DNA from: a bacterium
GTDB taxonomy: Bacteria > UBA8248
NCBI GenBank assembly: GCA_965261085.1
Contig: OZ253442.1
Location: 800,001 to 864,000 of the forward strand
DNA length: 64,000 nucleotides
Direction of reading: 5' to 3'
In this document: piece after piece, positions 1 to 8,633 of the stretch
How positions within the stretch are numbered: position 1 is the first letter of the stretch
Layout of the letters: each line of letters starts with the position of its first letter
The notes under the pieces: generated by a model
Seen by the model: only the letters and a program-made list of their open reading frames with translations
Told to the model about the DNA's origin: nothing
The model's database searches: none
Made by a program: the position numbers and the translations under genes

Positions 1-1856
1 AGGGCGCCGCCGCCATCCGTACTCCCCCCGGTGATGGCGCCGGTGACGCTTCCCAGCGCGGTCGCGTCGCCGAAGTTGGCCGTCAGGCGCGCCGTGGCGT
101 CGAAATAATCGAATTCAGGCGCGGAGGAAGAACTCGCTTTGCTCATGTACATCCCGCTCGCGGGTCCCGCATAGGTCGCCGAACCGGTGAGTCCTGCGAG
201 GTTGTTCACGCTGAAGGGGTCGTTGCCGCTCGCGGCGGTTCCGAATCTGAAGCCTGTATAGATCCCGTCGGCGTCCTTGAAGCCGACCAGCCAAATCCCA
301 TAGGCCAGATAGTCCGTGTCCGCGTTGTCCCGGATATCGGAGTAGACGGCCGTATAGGCATCGCGAGCGTCGGTCTCGCTACTGCCTTCCACGCCTTTCC
401 AACCCGCCGCGGGCGAGCCGGAAAACCTCTCGACGTATGCGCCTGCATCTTTCGTGCTGACGCTGAACGAGGGGGTATTGTCCGCTAATCTGCGTGTGCG
501 GGTGTAGTGCAAATCCCCGTTCGCATCGTATTCCATGGTGAAGGCTATTTTGTCGTTGGTCTGGCCACCGAAGGAGTAGGACGATTGTGTGGTGTGGCCG
601 ATTCCCTGGTAGGTCCCGAAAGTCCTTCTCGATTTCGCCGCCCGCCGTATGCGGATGTCCGCGCCTTCCGCCAGCGCGGCGTCCGCCTCGAGGGCGTCCA
701 CAAGTATGTTGCGGCCACCGGACATCGGGCTTGAAGACGGTCTATGCGCGCCGTATGCGCCTACGAAGTTCACGATACCGTCCGTAGAACCTCCGCTTAA
801 CGTCCCGGCGACCGAGCCGGGCATTCCGCCGGTTTCTCCGTTGCCGAAGAATTGGCCGCTCCAGTTGCCCGTGTAGCTGCGCGATTCGACGGAGCCGCTC
901 ACTTCGCCTATGAAGAAGCCGTTATGCGAGGAGCCGATATTTGCGGCTCCCAGGTTCAACGAGCCGGTTAGTGGTTCGTCGTCGTAGAGATTGGTGATCG
1001 AGCCGCCGATCGTTCCGAGGGCGCCCGCCCCGCCGAAGTCAGCCGTCAAAACGACGTCACCGCCAATGGTATTGACCGGAACTTCATCGGTCGTATCCGT
1101 AGCCACGCCTATCGCATTCCCTTCATAGCGCGCCGTGCCTTGCAGGGCCGTGAGGTTGTTCTGCCGGAAAGGATCGCTGCCGTCCGAAAACGCGCCGAAT
1201 GCATAATCGGCGACGCTCGACGCATCGCCGGGAACGAACAGCCAGATCCCTCCCACCAGGTAGTCGGTGTCCGGGCCGCCGCCCTGCTGTGGATCGGGAG
1301 CAGCGATGTCCGTGTATACATCGATATACAGAACACCGGCGTTGATGCGCTCGCGCAGCGCAACGCCCTTCCAGGGTGATGGGGCATCCGATATCTGGAG
1401 CGGGTTCCCTTCGTTCATGCCAAGCGACCATTCCGACCCGTTGCGCAGCGAAAAACGCGGTACGCCCGTTCCATGCTCCGCAGTGACTTCCACCTGGTCG
1501 GTTGTGGTGTTGTTGCTGTCCACATTTGAAGACTGGGTAACGCTGCCCGGATTAGGCTGGGCTTGCGCTGCCCGCGCGATCACACTCACTGCGTTGGTGG
1601 CCGTCGTCTGATCTTCGAGGGCTTGCTCTCGTGTCGGGATGGTCGCCGGTGGATCCATCGAACCGCCGCCGGTCATTCCACCGCCGCCTCCGGGCATTGG
1701 TGTCGGCATCTGGGCGGGTTGGCCGCCCATGTTGGCGCCTCCGCCTCCTCCACCCCCGCCGCAGCCCGACAGCGCGAAGGCGCAAACCAGCGCGAGCAAT
1801 ATCAACACGAACGAGAGAGATGTTTTTTGCTTGAGTTGCTTTTTGGCGTTTCTCAT
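1..1856 (-). CDS. Surface lipoprotein A with two tandem transferrin-binding-protein-B-like (handle plus beta-barrel) lobes; runs off the left edge, >618 aa
   Basis: Missing from the ORF track because it has no stop in the window. ATG at 1856 after GAGGAG. MRNAKKQLKQKTSLSFVLILLALVCAFALSGC lipobox plus poly-Gly. Internal repeat DTDYLVGGIWL..GSDPF..NNLTALQGTARYEG vs DTDYLAYGIWL..GNDPF..NNLAGLTGSATYAG. Barrel motif WSGQFFGNG..VAGT..FVGAYGA. Confidence 0.8.
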   Translation of the reverse strand, partial: MRNAKKQLKQKTSLSFVLILLALVCAFALSGCGGGGGGGGANMGGQPAQMPTPMPGGGGGMTGGGSMDPPATIPTREQALEDQTTATNAVSVIARAAQAQPNPGSVTQSSNVDSNNTTTDQVEVTAEHGTGVPRFSLRNGSEWSLGMNEGNPLQISDAPSPWKGVALRERINAGVLYIDVYTDIAAPDPQQGGGPDTDYLVGGIWLFVPGDASSVADYAFGAFSDGSDPFRQNNLTALQGTARYEGNAIGVATDTTDEVPVNTIGGDVVLTADFGGAGALGTIGGSITNLYDDEPLTGSLNLGAANIGSSHNGFFIGEVSGSVESRSYTGNWSGQFFGNGETGGMPGSVAGTLSGGSTDGIVNFVGAYGAHRPSSSPMSGGRNILVDALEADAALAEGADIRIRRAAKSRRTFGTYQGIGHTTQSSYSFGGQTNDKIAFTMEYDANGDLHYTRTRRLADNTPSFSVSTKDAGAYVERFSGSPAAGWKGVEGSSETDARDAYTAVYSDIRDNADTDYLAYGIWLVGFKDADGIYTGFRFGTAASGNDPFSVNNLAGLTGSATYAGPASGMYMSKASSSSAPEFDYFDATARLTANFGDATALGSVTGAITGGSTDGGGA

Positions 1857-2068
1857 TTTTGCTCTCCTCAAACAGTGGAAGATGGCTACTCGCCGGACCG
1901 CAGATGCAGACCGGACTATCGGTGACCAGGACCACGATTGAAGAGATGGTTTGCCGCTGTTTCGCTCTCCGGGAGATGGAGAGGGTTTTCTATTCAGCGG
2001 CTAACTGAAATCGACAATCGTGATTTTTGTGGCGGAGAAATGATCGGATAGAAAGGTGGGGATGTCAA
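1857..2068 (-). promoter_or_regulatory. Repeated promoter plus structured 5' leader, copy 1 (upstream of lipoprotein A)
   Basis: TTGACA (2068-2063), 17 nt, GATCAT. Stems ATCACGATTG/CAATCGTGGT, GCCGCTG/CAGCGGC and CTCTCC/GGAGAG. Ends at the RBS and ATG. Confidence 0.7.
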
Positions 2069-2238
2069 ACGCGAGTGGATGAGGAAAACACCAGGCGGCG
2101 GCGAGTTTAATGCTCCGTTCCCGATAGTGGCCCGCTCACGAGATGCCCCGCCGCCCCCGGCGAGGAGCCGGGAGCGGCGAGAGGGGTTGCCCGCCGTGTG
2201 ATGGGTCTGGGGAATGGGCGGCGGGCCTTTGCGTTCGG

Positions 2239-2400
2239 CTACTGTTTTTACACCCCGAAAGCGCCGATGAAGCTTTGTAGCCCATCCGCCGTAGTCGCCC
2301 CGAAGGCGCCTGCCACGGAGCCGGGATGATCGGTCGCGCTTGCGCCGTTGCCGAAGAACTTCCCGCCCCACGTGCCCGAGAAGGCGACGCTGCTACTCGT
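2239..2400 (-). pseudogene. C-terminal relic of another TbpB-like lipoprotein barrel
   Basis: Translates TSSSVAFSGTWGGKFFGNGASATDHPGSVAGAFGATTADGLQSFIGAFGV*KQ*. Aligns with YTGNWSGQFFGNGETGGMPGSVAGTLSGGSTDGIVNFVGAYGAHR of lipoprotein A. No start codon or N-terminus. Confidence 0.75.
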
Positions 2401-2474
2401 TCGCCACTGGCGGCGCTGCCGGCAGAGCCTTAATCACCGCAAAGACAATCTTCAACCTCGCGCCTCTTGATTGT

Positions 2475-3410
2475 TTATTGTCTGCGCTCTGTGTTGAATC
2501 CTCCTATCAACGCGCGACCTTCTGTGGTGCCGCCGACTAGTCCTCCCGGGTAATAACTAAACGTCCCCCCGGCTTCTTCCTGATTCGGTCCATAAAATGC
2601 ACCTGACAGCCTGTTTGAGTTCTGGTTGTAGGAGAAGCGTCCATTGTTTATTGCCATGTTGTTGTAATTGATGGGTGACAGGCTCCTGTCTTCGAACTCA
2701 GAGAACGTTGCGTCCGCTGTCATGTCTGTGAAATCGACGTTTATTTGCGCTGTTGCAGTTCCGAGAGTTCGTGGACTATTCGAGTCAAAGACTACAGCGA
2801 TTCCGGTCCATGTGGCGCTCCCTTGTGCCGGATTATTTCCGGTCACATAGCCTGTTGAATAGGCTTGTGAAAGATTACTGCTTCCAAGACCGACAATGGT
2901 TCCTGAGAACAAATATATCTCCTGGAAGCTATGACTACCCCATACTCCGATACCCCTAAAATCAAGATCTTCAAACGAGTACCCTTGGTAAGTCGTGTTG
3001 CTCATTCTTTCTTGATACCGCCCGATTGTAAGATTGGTGCCGCTTGGTGTTTCCGTGTTGTACCTGCTGATGCTTACTTCTACTGGTGGTCCCAAGTCTA
3101 TTGGAGTCGCTATTGTCAGTCCTTCACTGTTGATGATGGAGTCTGACCAAGAATAGGCATTTGTCCTATTGAATATACCGGAGAGTTTTTCGCCTGGTGT
3201 GCCTCCGGGAGTACCGCCCGTATCGTCGGAGCCGCCACCGCCGCCGGGCATCGGGTCCGGCGTCGGCATTACCATCGGCTGATTCGAGGTCGTAGAGCCT
3301 CCTCCTCCCCCGCCGCAGCCGGACAGCGCGAAGGCGCAAACCAGCGCGAAAACGAGCAGCACGAACGAGAGAGTTGTTTTTTGGTGGAACTGTTTTTGCG
3401 CGTTTCTCAT
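2475..3410 (-). CDS. Surface lipoprotein B, single TbpB-like C-terminal barrel (311 aa)
   Basis: True start at 3410 (GAGGAG RBS). Signal peptide near-identical to lipoprotein A (LVCAFALSGC-GGGGGG). GSATWTG, INVDF, LSGAFYGPNQEEAGGTF and IGGF barrel motifs. Confidence 0.8.
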   Translation of the reverse strand: MRNAQKQFHQKTTLSFVLLVFALVCAFALSGCGGGGGGSTTSNQPMVMPTPDPMPGGGGGSDDTGGTPGGTPGEKLSGIFNRTNAYSWSDSIINSEGLTIATPIDLGPPVEVSISRYNTETPSGTNLTIGRYQERMSNTTYQGYSFEDLDFRGIGVWGSHSFQEIYLFSGTIVGLGSSNLSQAYSTGYVTGNNPAQGSATWTGIAVVFDSNSPRTLGTATAQINVDFTDMTADATFSEFEDRSLSPINYNNMAINNGRFSYNQNSNRLSGAFYGPNQEEAGGTFSYYPGGLVGGTTEGRALIGGFNTERRQ

Positions 3411-3623
3411 TTTTGCTCTCCTCAAACAGTGGAAGATGGCTACTCGCCAGACCGCAGTTGCAGCCCGACTATCGGTGACCAAGACCACGATTGAAGAGAT
3501 GGTTTTCCCGCTGTTCAGTACCCCAGAGGATGGAGAACATCTTGTTTTCAACGGGTTAACTGAAATCGACTATCGCGGTTTTCGTGGCGGAGGAATGACC
3601 GGTGATAACCGCTCGAATGTCAA
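3411..3623 (-). promoter_or_regulatory. Repeated promoter plus structured leader, copy 2 (upstream of lipoprotein B)
   Basis: TTGACA (3623-3618), 17 nt, GGTCAT. Stems ACCGCGAT/ATCGTGGT and CCCGTTG/CAGCGGG. Colinear with copy 1. Confidence 0.7.
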
Positions 3624-3887
3624 ATACATGATTCATAAAGACAGACTGCAGCGGCGAGATTCTTGTCGCTTCTTGGGTGTTTGGGTGATCTAGTAGTTAA
3701 TTTTTTTTAAAAAAATAATCACTTTTTTTGAGGAAAGGGGTAGATTTCTGAGGGCATTTTCCGCAACATTGTCAAATGCACTTCGCTGTATTCGAGGTTT
3801 CCCGAAGCTCCGTTTCTTTAGAAAGGATTAACAATCACAGAAAGCCCTTGGTCGGCGATTCAGGTTGAAGATGAATGGGCGGGGCAT

Positions 3888-4106
3888 TTTCTTCTTCCGG
3901 GACAGTGAAAGAGGGCTGTTTTCCCGACCGCGAACGCAGTCGGGCTGTTTGCCACAAAAACCACGATTGAAGAGATGGGTTTCCCGCCTATTCCGGCCTC
4001 CAGGAAACTGGAGGCCGTATTCTATTTAGCGGGCAGCCCGAAACGGCCGGCTGCCGTGGCTTTTGTGGCAAACAAGATGATCGGACATGGAACCCCGCCT
4101 TGTCAA
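3888..4106 (-). ncRNA. Repeated promoter plus structured leader, copy 3 (orphan; followed only by a 19-codon ORF)
   Basis: TTGACA (4106-4101), 18 nt, GATCAT. Long closing stem TGTTTGCCACAAAAGCCACG/CGTGGTTTTTGTGGCAAACA, inner GGCCTCCAG/CTGGAGGCC, shared core CATCTCTTCAATCGTGGT. Confidence 0.55.
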
Positions 4107-4237
4107 ATGAATCAGGCGACTTGTAGATCAAGCATGACGCGAATGTATGCCGAAAATTGGCGCAAACGGCGGAAATTTTCGGCATTTCTCGATTAATGAG
4201 AAAGGCGGCGATTCGCCCGGCCACGAGACAATAGCGT

Positions 4238-4395
4238 TGTTTGCTGTAAAAACCACGATTTTAGAGATGAGTTTCCCCCTGTTGTGCTCTCCAGGGGGAT
4301 GGAGATGCGTCTTGTATTCAGCGGCTGGTTCGGTGTTGGGTCCTCGTGCTTTATTTCGCTAGAGAAATGATCGGACAGGAAATTCTAAATGTCAA
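4238..4395 (-). ncRNA. Repeated promoter plus structured leader, copy 4 (orphan, degenerate 3' part)
   Basis: TTGACA (4395-4390), 17 nt, GATCAT. GCCGCTGAATA, CTCCA/TGGAG hairpin, CATCTCTAAAATCGTGGTTTTT. Confidence 0.5.
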
Positions 4396-4607
4396 TCAAA
4401 ATCGAACGGGCGGGGCGCCATCCTTTGAAGAATGTGGGCGAGGAATTGCGTATTGATGTCTTTCTCGTCCTCGGCAAACCCCTCATCGGTCGGGATTGAC
4501 CCTCCTCATTGACACCACCCACCCCTCATGAAAGCATCGCGGGAAACGTCATCAAACCAGCGGGTGCTTTCGCCGCCTGCTCCCGCCTCTCGATAAGGAG
4601 AGCGAAG

Positions 4608-5207
4608 ATGTTTCGGCGTATCGCTCGGTGCGTGGTGGTGACGTGTCTGGCGGCGGTTCTTGCGGCGTGTGCGTTCGCCCCGCATCAGGCTCAGGCTGCC
4701 GGGCGGGACGTCGTTTTTATTAAAGCGTTTTATGCGCTCGATGAGCCGAGGTTTCACTGCGTCGACGTTCCGGGGCACCGCTCCCGCGTCAACACCGCTG
4801 CCGCCTTGGTCGTACACACCTGCAAGGAAGGCATCTGGAACCTCGATGGGCATTTCGACCCCGCCGCCGTAGCGAAGGGCCTGCTCAGGATGCCCGAATA
4901 CGGATTGTGCGTCGCCGCTGCTTCCGCCTCGGACGGCGCCAAGCTCATGCTCGGAAAATGCGACGGCACAGCCCTTCAGAACTGGCGTTTTGAGAACTAC
5001 CGCTTGAGCCTCAAGGCGCATCCCGATAAATGCCTCACCATCGGCCCGGAACCCTCCCGGCTCACGCGGGGCGGGCGCAGGCTCCCGAGCCGTCACATGG
5101 CGCGCTCGCTCGCCCTCGCCACCTGCTCGGAAGAAGCGCTAGAGAGACAGCTCTGGCGCATGGAGAAGCCCATGGATCGCACCGGCTCCATCATGCCCTT
5201 CAAGTAA
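4608..5207 (+). CDS. Secreted ricin-type beta-trefoil lectin-like protein
   Basis: AAGGAG RBS, signal peptide ending AQA, paired Cys (CVDV..TC, LCV..KC, CLT..TC), QxW motifs (LQNW, RQLW). Confidence 0.7.
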   Translation: MFRRIARCVVVTCLAAVLAACAFAPHQAQAAGRDVVFIKAFYALDEPRFHCVDVPGHRSRVNTAAALVVHTCKEGIWNLDGHFDPAAVAKGLLRMPEYGLCVAAASASDGAKLMLGKCDGTALQNWRFENYRLSLKAHPDKCLTIGPEPSRLTRGGRRLPSRHMARSLALATCSEEALERQLWRMEKPMDRTGSIMPFK

Positions 5208-5351
5208 AGACGACGCGCGGATATCACCGGTTGACGCAACCCATCATTGGGAGAGAAAAGCGAAAGAAAGCGGCGCAACCCGGAGCCCTTCTATCGATTG
5301 GGTAATCCCCGTTTGATTTTGGGCATCACGAACACGAGGAGGATCCACCCC

Positions 5352-7715
5352 ATGTCTTTCCGTAAAAACACGTCCACAAGCAAGGTGTGCGCTTTCGCGC
5401 TGGCGTCGCTGTTGGCGCTGGGGCCGGCCGGTTGCGGGGGCGGCGGCGGGGGCGGCGGCGCAACCATGGGCGCCCCGCCCGCCACAATGCCGGGCCAGCC
5501 GCAACCTGGGGGGACCGAGCGGGTAAGAGCCACCGTCCTGCCCCACCCGAGAGGCGCCGGGGACGTCGCGTCGCTCGCGTGGGAGGACGTGACGATTCCC
5601 ACGCGGGCGGGCGTTCGGCAGCGTCTTCTGCTCGCCAAAGCGGGGAATGCGGGGACCAAGTCAGTGATTCTCTTCATGGGCGGCCCGGGAACGCCGATTA
5701 CGTTTCCGCGAGAGGGAGGCATACGGCTCAGCGGCAATTTTCTCGTAAGAAGCTCCGCGCTCTTCGCCGAGGCGGGATTCGTCACGGCCATCATCGACGC
5801 TCCCTCGGACAGGAGCGAAGGCATAAACTTTTCATTCAGGCAGTCGAGTCAGCATCATGCGGACGTGCGTGCGGTGGTGGATTTTCTGGTGAGCGAGGGC
5901 GCGCGCGAGGTGTACCTGATCGGCACGAGCAACGGCACGATGTCCGTTGCATATCTGGCCTCTGTGATTACGCATCCGAGAGTTGCGGGCTATGTTCTCA
6001 CCGCGAGCGGGAGGTCGATAGTGTCTTATGCAGGTGAAATCAGAGACCCCGTCCTGATGGTGCATCACACGGACGACGGGTGCGCCGGCACGCAGTTTTC
6101 CGATGCGCAGACTACATTCAACGCGATCACGAACAGCCCGCGCAAGGAGTTCGTCTCCGTAAGCGGAGGGGATCCGCAGATAAGCCCCAGTCCTTGTCAG
6201 GCGCAGACCGCGCATGGGTTTATAGGCAAAGAGCGTGAAACGGTGGCGGCGATCGCGGAGTGGGTAAATACAGGGACGGTCACGGACACGAACCTGCTCA
6301 CGGACGAGGACGCGCCCTCGCCGCACAAGGCGTGGCTCGCGCGCTTCGGGCGCACGGCGGCGGAACACGTCACCGAAGCCATCGGCGATCGGCAGCGCGG
6401 AGCGCCAAGCTCGCGCCTGACCCTGGGCGGTCAGGATATCGACTTAGGTGTCTCTCCCCTCCCCCTGGCGGATGCAGATTCCGGCGCGCGCTTTGCGGAG
6501 GGTCTGCTCGATGCGCGCAGCGGAGACGCTTTCGCGGGGCGCGAGATGTCGATGAGCGAGTTGCTGCTGGCGAGTTCTTTCCACCTGGCTTCTGCGGAGG
6601 GAAAGGATGTAGGCGGCGGCTGGTCGCTCTGGGGAGGTGCTGCGCGTTCGAACTTCGATGCGAAAGAGGGCGCGCTCGCACTCGACGGCGACGTCTCCAC
6701 GGCGACACTGGGCTTCGACTTCGAACGGGAGCGGTGGCTGGCCGGCGTGGCGCTCTCGCGCAGCGCGGGAGAAGGCACGTTCAAGATGGGCGGAACCTGC
6801 GCTTCGGGGTGCAGCGGCGATCTCGAGAGCACACTCACCGGCGTGTATCCCTATGCGCGCTATCGCTTCAGCGAGCGTCTTTCGGCCTGGGGAATTCTCG
6901 GCCACGGGCGCGGGGAGTTGACGCTCACCACGCAGGGAAGAAGCCCCGTCGAGACCGACATCGAGATGAACATGGCGGCGTTCGGGGGGCGCGGCGTCCT
7001 GCTGCCCGCTGTGAGCAAGGGTGATTTCGAACTAGCGCTTCGCTCGGATGCGCTGCTGACGTGGACGAGTTCCGAAGAGACCCGAGATCTCGCGGAGACG
7101 GAACCGGAGACGAGCCGCCTGCGGCTCGCGCTCGAGGTCTCCCGTGCGTTCGCGCTTGATTCGGGCGCGAGCCTCACTCCTTCTCTCGAAGTGGGTCTGC
7201 GCTACGACGGGGGCGACGCGGAGACGGGAAGCGGCGTCGAGCTCGGCGGCGGGCTTCGCTACACGGGTTCGGGCCTCACGATACAGGTGAATGCCCGCGG
7301 ACTGCTGGCGCATGCGGATAGCGAATATGAAGAATGGGGCGTGAGCGGCTCGGTGCGCCTCGACCCGGGCGAGAGAGGACGCGGTTTGTCCATGCGCTTG
7401 GGTTCGTCCTGGGGCGCTTCGGCGGGCGGTGCGGAGCAAATTTGGAACGGGCGCCGCGCGGCGGGTCTGAATGGAAACGGAGAATTCGACCCGGGTTCGC
7501 ACCTCGATGCGGAGGTGGGCTATGGTCTGGGCGGCATGGGCGGCCTCCTCACCCCCTACGGCGGCATGTCGGTCTCAGAGAGTGTGCAGACCTACCGCGT
7601 GGGTAGTCGCTTCAGGCTCGATGAGCGTTTCAGCATGGGCCTGGAAGGTGAGCGCCGCGAGGGCGGCGATGACGTCGAACACGGGCTCGCGCTGCGCGGC
7701 TCCCTCCGCTGGTAG
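5352..7715 (+). CDS. Lipoprotein-anchored autotransporter-like protein with alpha/beta-hydrolase passenger and C-terminal outer-membrane beta-barrel
   Basis: GAGGAGG RBS, lipobox-like GPAGC plus poly-Gly, GTSNG elbow, AHGF His. AWLARFGRT linker, YPYARY, LTPSLEVGLRYDGGDAETG and terminal LRW. Confidence 0.8.
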   Translation: MSFRKNTSTSKVCAFALASLLALGPAGCGGGGGGGGATMGAPPATMPGQPQPGGTERVRATVLPHPRGAGDVASLAWEDVTIPTRAGVRQRLLLAKAGNAGTKSVILFMGGPGTPITFPREGGIRLSGNFLVRSSALFAEAGFVTAIIDAPSDRSEGINFSFRQSSQHHADVRAVVDFLVSEGAREVYLIGTSNGTMSVAYLASVITHPRVAGYVLTASGRSIVSYAGEIRDPVLMVHHTDDGCAGTQFSDAQTTFNAITNSPRKEFVSVSGGDPQISPSPCQAQTAHGFIGKERETVAAIAEWVNTGTVTDTNLLTDEDAPSPHKAWLARFGRTAAEHVTEAIGDRQRGAPSSRLTLGGQDIDLGVSPLPLADADSGARFAEGLLDARSGDAFAGREMSMSELLLASSFHLASAEGKDVGGGWSLWGGAARSNFDAKEGALALDGDVSTATLGFDFERERWLAGVALSRSAGEGTFKMGGTCASGCSGDLESTLTGVYPYARYRFSERLSAWGILGHGRGELTLTTQGRSPVETDIEMNMAAFGGRGVLLPAVSKGDFELALRSDALLTWTSSEETRDLAETEPETSRLRLALEVSRAFALDSGASLTPSLEVGLRYDGGDAETGSGVELGGGLRYTGSGLTIQVNARGLLAHADSEYEEWGVSGSVRLDPGERGRGLSMRLGSSWGASAGGAEQIWNGRRAAGLNGNGEFDPGSHLDAEVGYGLGGMGGLLTPYGGMSVSESVQTYRVGSRFRLDERFSMGLEGERREGGDDVEHGLALRGSLRW

Positions 7716-7743
7716 GAAACGCGGAGGCAAAAGAAGAACACAA

Positions 7744-8618
7744 ATGATGCGATGGATCGTGACGGCGATGCTCGCCTGTGTCTTGTTGGGAGGCGATGCG
7801 CTTTAGCAAGGAGACACATTCCAAATCATGGAAATTAAACGTATCAAAGTTGACATCAAACCCCACCCCAATGGAGTCGGGGACGTCGCGTCGAGCACCT
7901 GGAAGGACGTGTACCTCCCAACGCGGGCGGGCGTGAAACAGCCCCTTCTGCTCGCCAAAGCTGCGAATGCGGGGAGCAAGGCCGTCATCCTCTTCATGGG
8001 TGGAATTGGGACGCCAATCACGAAGAAAGCAGGGGAGAAATTCAGGCTCAACGCCAATTTTCTGGTAAGAAGCTCAGCGCTTTTCGCCGAGGCGGGATTC
8101 ATGACGGCCATCGTGGATGCGCCCTCGGACAAAGGCTACGGTATGGAGAATCGCTTCAGGAAATCAGAAGCGCATCAGAAAGACATTGCCAAGGTGGTGG
8201 ATTTTCTGGTGAGCGAGGGCGCGTGCGAGGTGTTCCTGATCGGCACGAGCCGGGGCACGTTGTCCGTCGCGTATCTGGCGTCCGTGATGACGCACGCGAA
8301 CGTCGAGGGCTATGTCCTCACCGCGAGTCTGGAGGATGTCGTGTTCTATACGGAGAAAATCAACGCCCCGTCCTGATGGCGCATCACGCGGACGATGAGT
8401 GCCGCGTAACGACCCTCACCGGCGCACGGGCCGCATATCGTACGTTGGCGAAAAGTCCACGCAAGGCTTTCATCACCGTGAGCGGAGGAGACCCACCGAG
8501 GAGCCGTGCTTGTGGGCCGCTGAGCGCCCATGGATTTTTGGGAGTTGAACGAGAGACGGTGGTGGCGGTCGTAGACTGGATGAACGGCAAGACGCCGCCC
8601 GAACACGTGGGCCCGTAA
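7744..8618 (+). pseudogene. Secreted alpha/beta hydrolase, paralog of the autotransporter passenger; disrupted
   Basis: Signal peptide from 7744 is broken by an in-frame TAG (7804-7806). One C is missing near 8366-8369 (INAPS* should read INAPVLMAHH, cf. IRDPVLMVHH in the paralog). GTSRG elbow. Confidence 0.75.
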
Positions 8619-8633
8619 GAAGGAGCGCGCGCC

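Noticed and set aside
1857-4395. Leader repeats as a c-di-AMP (GCTGAA..GGGAAACC) or c-di-GMP-I (GGCAAACC) riboswitch
   Set aside because: Only short words match. The downstream halves (GTCAGCTAAC..CCG; GNRA loop plus GCAAA) are not in the expected order. Rfam cmscan is needed to settle it.
1857-4395. CRISPR array or integron attC array
   Set aside because: Units are 150-215 nt, irregularly spaced and carry promoters. No cas or intI gene and no regular repeat-spacer period.
5434-5460. Poly-Gly tracts as phase-variable simple repeats
   Set aside because: Codons are mixed (GGC/GGG/GGA/GGT) and all three lipoprotein genes are in frame.
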